A stretch of DNA of 64,000 nt, taken from the NCBI GenBank assembly GCA_013151445.1, contig JAADIG010000137.1, forward strand, positions 18,424 through 82,423. Direction: 5' to 3'. The notes beneath the pieces are model-generated. The model made no database searches and was not told where the DNA came from. It saw nothing but the letters and a program-made list of their open reading frames with translations. Within the stretch, counting starts at the first letter, position 1, and every line of letters starts with the position of its first letter. The stretch comes from Actinomycetota bacterium (GTDB lineage: Bacteria; Actinomycetota; Acidimicrobiia; Spongiisociales; UBA5794). Below, in pieces: positions 59,252 through 64,000 of this stretch. The position numbers and the translations under genes are program-made.

Positions 59252-60052
59252 ATGAATCAGCGAACCAGACTTCTTGCCACCGTGGCTGCCTTTGCTTTTG
59301 TCGCCGCGGCGTGCTCGGGCAGCGGCGGCGACTTCGTACCGGTAACGGTTGAGTCCACAACGTCAGCAGTGCCCGCGGCGACAACAACCACGACGGTCGC
59401 CCTCACGACAACAACAGCCGCACCGCCGGCCTCGTCGACGACGACAACCACGGTTGCGCCAACGACCACGACAACCGTGCTCCCGGGCGATCCGATGGAC
59501 TTCGGGCCTTCGGCGGGGGATGTACTTGCGGTCATCGGTGTCGAATCCGACGATGTACTCAACGTCCGGCAGGCACCGGGGATCAACCAGAACATTGTCG
59601 CAACCGCCCCTCCGCTCTCCCACAACCTCATCGCGGTCGGTAATACCCGGGCACTACCGAACTCCATCTGGATTGAGATCACACTCAACGGCACACCGGG
59701 CTGGGTGTCCTATTCGTTTGTTGGTTATCTCGGTGACACGGACGACGCCACCGCCGAGGTCGTCGCCGATTACGGTTCGATCCCGTCCGGCGCATCGGTA
59801 GATGAAGTTGTCGAGTTCACACTTGCGACGTTCGTCTCGGTCGATCCCCAATCACGGGTGACCCGCCCCGCAGCACCCATCGTGGGTGACCCGACCGAGG
59901 TGACGGTTGATGTTGTCAGCATTGGTGACGACGCAGTCCGCGGGTACCGCCTACACATTTTCGTACAACTCGAGGCCGGGGTGTACAGCCTCATGAGCGT
60001 GGAACGCACCTACATCTGTGGCCGCGGTGTCTCGGGCGGTCTCTGTCTGTAA
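59252..60052 (+). CDS. Lipoprotein with Thr-rich linker and SH3b-like domain
   Basis: Lipobox VAAAC; DDVLNVRQAPG...WIEI...GWVS; terminal C-x7-C. Confidence 0.75.
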   Translation: MNQRTRLLATVAAFAFVAAACSGSGGDFVPVTVESTTSAVPAATTTTTVALTTTTAAPPASSTTTTTVAPTTTTTVLPGDPMDFGPSAGDVLAVIGVESDDVLNVRQAPGINQNIVATAPPLSHNLIAVGNTRALPNSIWIEITLNGTPGWVSYSFVGYLGDTDDATAEVVADYGSIPSGASVDEVVEFTLATFVSVDPQSRVTRPAAPIVGDPTEVTVDVVSIGDDAVRGYRLHIFVQLEAGVYSLMSVERTYICGRGVSGGLCL

Positions 60053-60086
60053 CCGTCGGCGGAGTGGGGGCCCGTGTTCGGTGGGG

Positions 60087-60485
60087 CTAGGTGTCCTGTT
60101 TGATCAGGACGGTTCCGGTGAATGCGCCGATGAGCCTGTCGCCAGCGGTGATGTCGCTGCGGTAGGTAGCGAGTGAGCGACCCCGACGAAGCTCGGTGCA
60201 TCGGGCTGTGATTGTGTCGCCCGCGGTGGCGGACCCTGAATACACCATGTGGACGTCGATCGCAACGGCTTGCGGTCCCGCAACGTTGCTAGCAATCGCA
60301 AAGGCGATGTCGGCGAGGCCGTAACTCACGGCCCCGTGAAGGGTGCCGTGGACATTGCAGTGCGCGTCGGTCACGGTGAGCTCGATGACGATCACGCCGT
60401 CAGTGTCCGAGACGAATCGCGCACCGAGGTTCTGGGCGTAGGTGTCGCCATTGAATAGTGTCGCGGCTCTGGAGGTCATGTCCAT
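60087..60485 (-). CDS. paaI: PaaI-family hotdog-fold acyl-CoA thioesterase
   Basis: NVHGTLHGAVSYGLADIAFAIASN; TACAGT -10 six nt upstream of ATG 60485. Confidence 0.82.
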   Translation of the reverse strand: MDMTSRAATLFNGDTYAQNLGARFVSDTDGVIVIELTVTDAHCNVHGTLHGAVSYGLADIAFAIASNVAGPQAVAIDVHMVYSGSATAGDTITARCTELRRGRSLATYRSDITAGDRLIGAFTGTVLIKQDT

Positions 60486-60520
60486 CGGTGCACTGTACCA
60501 ACCCCACCCCGCTGATCTCC

Positions 60521-60572
60521 GGGTTCTAGCGTAACTGGGGGCCATATATGGCCCCCAGTTACGCTAGAACCC
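60521..60572. repeat. Perfect 52-bp palindrome; intergenic repeat family copy D
   Basis: GGGTTCTAGCGTAACTGGGGGCCATA|TATGGCCCCCAGTTACGCTAGAACCC; GTTCT-AGAAC core 60523-60570 is 48 nt. Confidence 0.85.
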
Positions 60573-60607
60573 AAAGGGAGGGTGCCCTGTGGTTGGGCAC
60601 CCTCCCT
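60573..60607 (-). terminator. Terminator of the 61834-60633 operon
   Basis: 13-bp stem AGGGAGGGTGCCC / GGGCACCCTCCCT, ending in a short T run on the minus strand. Confidence 0.7.
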
Positions 60608-60632
60608 CTGCTCGTGGTGGACCGAAGGTGCG

Positions 60633-61415
60633 TTACCCGTCCGTGGTAACGGTGTCGGTCACGGCTGTGTCGATGGCACCATCGGGTGCTGCATCGCGCA
60701 GTGCCTGGATGGCAGCCCTGGCGTTCTCACGGGCAGCCTTGAGCTGGGCGTGTGACGCCCGCAGTGCCTTGCGGTTCGCTTCGAGTGTCGCTTCAGCCGG
60801 GTCGGGCCAGTCTGCGGCATCGAGACCGATCACGTTGCCGGCTACTGGTGCCGCAAGTCGGGCACCCTCGGCCAGGTTTGCTTCGGCTTCGTTCAGCAAG
60901 CGGGCCGCCTCGGCGACGTCCCACCCTGCCTCTTCGGCTCGGGCGATCTTCTCACCAATCTTGGCAAGACCCGCTTCGAACCTCGGCACGTTGGCACCGA
61001 TCTTGTCGCTGATCGCAACCATGTGGGTCTTTGGTGCGATCACCAGATACACCCGATAGTCGGTGGCGATAAGCGGTACGAGCTCACGGAGCTGTTCGTA
61101 CGTTGTTGCGGCCTCGATCTCCTGACCCAACATCGTCAGCCCACGGGCGGCGTCGACGTAGTCGGCGAAGAGCTTGTCCTTATGACCCAAGGTCATCGTC
61201 TCGGATTGCGAGACCTTCTCGGTCAGGCGATCAAGCGTCGCAAGACGCCGGTCGATCGCTTCTGCGGCCCGTTCCTTGATGCTTTCGATCGAGCGGCCGT
61301 TGTCGACAACTTGCTCTCGTGGTGTAGCGTCGCGTTCCTGCGCCGTGGCGGCTGCGGGGAGTGCGACCACGACGGCGAACGCCGCGATGACCGCAATAAG
61401 TCGTTTCTTCTTCAT
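60633..61415 (-). CDS. Secreted all-helical/coiled-coil protein of unknown function
   Basis: Signal peptide MKKKRLIAVIAAFAVVVALPAAATA; Ala/Glu/Arg-rich helices; internal DYRVY motif. Confidence 0.8.
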   Translation of the reverse strand: MKKKRLIAVIAAFAVVVALPAAATAQERDATPREQVVDNGRSIESIKERAAEAIDRRLATLDRLTEKVSQSETMTLGHKDKLFADYVDAARGLTMLGQEIEAATTYEQLRELVPLIATDYRVYLVIAPKTHMVAISDKIGANVPRFEAGLAKIGEKIARAEEAGWDVAEAARLLNEAEANLAEGARLAAPVAGNVIGLDAADWPDPAEATLEANRKALRASHAQLKAARENARAAIQALRDAAPDGAIDTAVTDTVTTDG

Positions 61416-61834
61416 GGGATGATGACTCCTTCGTCCTGATTCAGTGAAATGTCCAGATCGCTAAAGATGTCGTCGAGGTCGCTGAACAGGTCATCCAGAT
61501 CGCCAACAACGTCATCCAGGTCGTCAAGATCGACGGTGACTGGTGCTGTTGTTGTCGTGGTTGACGCCCCTGCGGTTGCCGGTGCGGAAGTAGTTGTCGT
61601 CGTTGTCGACGACGTCGTGGCTTCCGATCCAGCGTCCTGGGTGGCGTCTAGTGGCTGATCCGTTTCAGCAGACTGGGTTGTCCCAGCAGACTCGTTCGAC
61701 GTCTGCGATACCTCGCTCGTCGACGCCTGTGGCGCCCCCGTGGTCGTGGTATCTGCGAGCTCTGGTTGGGATGGCGTACAAGCCGCCAGCCCAACAACAA
61801 GTGCTGCAATTGCAATCGTGCCTCTTCGGTGCAT
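61412..61834 (-). CDS. Lipoprotein with Ser/Thr linker and acidic heptad C-terminus
   Basis: Lipobox LAAC; DLDDLDDVVGDLDDLFSDLDDIFSDLD; ATGA overlap with the next gene. Confidence 0.75.
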   Translation of the reverse strand: MHRRGTIAIAALVVGLAACTPSQPELADTTTTGAPQASTSEVSQTSNESAGTTQSAETDQPLDATQDAGSEATTSSTTTTTTSAPATAGASTTTTTAPVTVDLDDLDDVVGDLDDLFSDLDDIFSDLDISLNQDEGVIIP

Positions 61835-61866
61835 CGTTTTGATCCTTGTCTCGATACACCAATAGA

Positions 61867-61895
61867 TTCGGACTCACTTGTTAGGTGAGTCCGAA
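61867..61895. other. Inverted repeat between bioY and the lipoprotein gene (terminator or operator)
   Basis: TTCGGACTCAC-N7-GTGAGTCCGAA. Confidence 0.6.
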
Positions 61896-61921
61896 GCAAA
61901 TTGTGAGAATTGTGTGAAGAT

Positions 61922-62509
61922 CTACCTGCGGGTGCGATCCACGAGACGCCACGCCATCGGCAGGAGGCTGCCCGCAATCGCCACCTTCACGAGATCTCCT
62001 GCAATAAAGGGATACGCCCCGAGCTCTGCGGCCCGGTTCCAGTTTGCACCGATGACGTTGGCGAGCCAGGGGACACCGAAGAGGTAGATCGTCACCGATC
62101 CGAGCAGGAATGCTCCCAGTGCGGTGCTTACCGAGCGGTCCTGGTCGCGTTCGGCGAGACGCCCGACCAGCCATGCGGCGACCACGAAACCAACGAGGTA
62201 TCCGGCCGTCGACCCGGTGGCGACGGTCCATCCTCCCTTGGCGTCGGCGAAGAACGGGAGACCGACGGCGCCCATGACGACATACAAGGCCTGGCTTGCT
62301 GCCCCGGCGTTCGCCCCGAGCACACCACCCGCAAGAAGAACCGCGAGGGTCTGTCCGGTGATGGGAACGGGGGTGAACCCAAGGGGAATGACGAATTGCG
62401 CCATAGCGGCAGTGAACAGGGCAAATCCGAAAACGAGTGCAGCAGTGATTGCCTTTGAGCGTGGGAACACCACACCGAGAAGGACGTTTGAGGGGAGAAC
62501 TGTCTGCAC
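61922..62509 (-). CDS. bioY: Biotin transporter BioY
   Basis: PVPITGQTLAV, YVVMGAVGLPFFA, TAGYLVGF, PFIAGDLVK; RBS AAGGAG. Confidence 0.93.
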   Translation of the reverse strand: MQTVLPSNVLLGVVFPRSKAITAALVFGFALFTAAMAQFVIPLGFTPVPITGQTLAVLLAGGVLGANAGAASQALYVVMGAVGLPFFADAKGGWTVATGSTAGYLVGFVVAAWLVGRLAERDQDRSVSTALGAFLLGSVTIYLFGVPWLANVIGANWNRAAELGAYPFIAGDLVKVAIAGSLLPMAWRLVDRTRR

Positions 62510-62662
62510 GGAATCGCTCCTTGTTGTCTGTGTTGCGCCAGCCTACCTGGCACCCACCGCGAGTGGGTCCGCCGGTTGGGTGCGTCGGAAACCGTTGCGG
62601 GTTAGACGCATCGGTAACCCGGTTCCGTTACTCACGGAGTCACATGCCGCGAGAGTGCGCCG

Positions 62663-63487
62663 CTATCGGACCATGAAAGCGGTGTTCATCACGTTTGTAT
62701 CAAACGCTCCCGGTGCCGAACCGTCACGGGCATAGCGATACAGCGCCGTTTGGAACACTACGGCGAGCGCACTCATGACGACGGCCACGAGCGCCAGCCA
62801 CACGATGCCGAGGGTGACGAAGACCGCGATCGTGATGCCGCTGCCGGTGAATATGCCGAGGGCGATGAGAGCGAATCCGGGGATGGAGGCAATAAAACCG
62901 AGGATCCCGAACCCGATCTGGGCGCTGAGGTTTTCACCCCAGGTTCGTTTGAACAGCGACGCTGATTCGGTGAGCGCATCCTTGACGCTGTATCCCTCAA
63001 GGACGAGGAGCGGCAGCACCAGGTAGGTGACAACGGTCCAGGCCATGCCGATGAACCCGATAACGAGCCGCCCGAGCGTCCCGGCACGTTGCTCGAGGGA
63101 GCGCAGGATGATCGACACGGTTGCCGACACGACTGCCCATTGGAAGATGAGGCCGATGGATCCGCGGGCACCGGCAAGAGCGGACTTGATCGTCGGGTCA
63201 CCGCCTTCGAGCCTTTCGTTGGCGGCAAATACCAGGGCCGCGTTGAAGAACACGGTGATGAACGCGAGCACGACGTACAGGACGAACAGGATGACGTAGG
63301 TCGCAGCCCCGACGTTGTCGGTCTCGGTGCTGATGGCGCCGGATGTGTACAGCGGGATGATGAACGTCGCGATCGTGAGCAACGATGCAACGGCGGAAAT
63401 GACCGGCAGAACCAAGAGTTCTTTGTCAGCCTTGAGCACCGACCATGAGGTTTTCGCTAGTTCAATGGAATTGGCTATTCGTGACAT
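62663..63487 (-). CDS. Membrane protein (DUF6159-like)
   Basis: SWSVLKADKELL, FFNAALV, SLFKRTWGE, FQTALYRYA; TACACT -10 six nt upstream of ATG 63487. Confidence 0.75.
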   Translation of the reverse strand: MSRIANSIELAKTSWSVLKADKELLVLPVISAVASLLTIATFIIPLYTSGAISTETDNVGAATYVILFVLYVVLAFITVFFNAALVFAANERLEGGDPTIKSALAGARGSIGLIFQWAVVSATVSIILRSLEQRAGTLGRLVIGFIGMAWTVVTYLVLPLLVLEGYSVKDALTESASLFKRTWGENLSAQIGFGILGFIASIPGFALIALGIFTGSGITIAVFVTLGIVWLALVAVVMSALAVVFQTALYRYARDGSAPGAFDTNVMNTAFMVR

Positions 63488-63637
63488 GGGTTGAGTGTAC
63501 GTGATGAATGTGACATCCCGAAGCTCTGCGACGTACTCGACACGGCGTGTCGTCATGTGGGGGTCCCGTGCGCCCCGGGGCGAACAACGCCGTCTATGTG
63601 CCCGGTACGCGAAATTTCTCTGTAGCATGGCGCCCTT

Positions 63638-64000
63638 ATGACCGCACCACCAGAGCTTCAAGATCCCCGCTGGCAAGACGTTCCCTCCCATCTGCGACCC
63701 TCCCGCAAGATTCCGGTCTGGCCGTTCATTGTGGGCATTTTCTTGCTCCTCATCGGCGGCGGTTTCTACGTCGCAGCCCAGACACCCGTCGAGTTCTATG
63801 CGTTGTCGCCGGGTCCGGTGAACGACGTCGGCGACTACATCGAGGTCATTGACGACACAGGGCCGTCGGCGGGGCAGCTGTACTTCCTCACCGTCTCGTT
63901 GCGTGAGATCAGCTTGCTTGAGTATTGGGGCGCAAAGCTTGATCCGAAGGTTGATCTGAGCCCGCGGGAGAATATCCGTCCGACGGGTGTGAGCCCGGAG
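63638..64000 (+). CDS. N-terminal part of a YlbL-like PDZ/Lon-domain membrane protein (3' truncated by window edge)
   Basis: Open frame from ATG 63638: TM helix, then FYALSPGPVNDV and GQLYFLTVS. Confidence 0.7.
   Translation, partial: MTAPPELQDPRWQDVPSHLRPSRKIPVWPFIVGIFLLLIGGGFYVAAQTPVEFYALSPGPVNDVGDYIEVIDDTGPSAGQLYFLTVSLREISLLEYWGAKLDPKVDLSPRENIRPTGVSPE

Overview
A high-GC bacterial chromosome segment that is almost certainly from Actinomycetota, probably Acidimicrobiia (inferred from WhiB, a Rv2466c-like thioredoxin, SenX3/RegX3, SigE, pcrA-sucCD-purNH-folD synteny and many leaderless TANNNT promoters). Most of it is housekeeping: pcrA, sucCD, purN/purH/folD, icd, pyrE, mdh, hup, sdhCAB, whiB, tatA, sigE with anti-sigma and RseB-like genes, pstSCAB-phoU opposite senX3-regX3, ahpE, htrA, moaE, paaG/H/J/N plus paaI, an acyl-CoA synthetase with a Liv-type ABC transporter, and bioY. 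I saw no tRNA, rRNA, CRISPR array, transposase or integrase. The features most worth follow-up are: (1) a dispersed family of ~48-bp intergenic palindromes with conserved ends (GTTCT...AGAAC / TTTTGGCGTCC...GGACGCCAAAA) but unrelated, self-complementary interiors; (2) a MerR-type promoter (20-bp spacer, dyad operator) driving a 63-aa C-x4-C-x12-C-x2-H protein coupled to an alpha/beta hydrolase; (3) a candidate Na+/Li+ riboswitch-like hairpin upstream of a cation:proton antiporter; (4) a two-gene CheA-hybrid + REC-GAF unit with a sigma28-like promoter and no adjacent receptor; (5) an AATTAC-N6-GTAATT motif, tripled at whiB and single at hup; (6) an anti-sigma factor with two tandem zinc-binding domains. 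All calls are by-eye motif recognition; no database searches were run.
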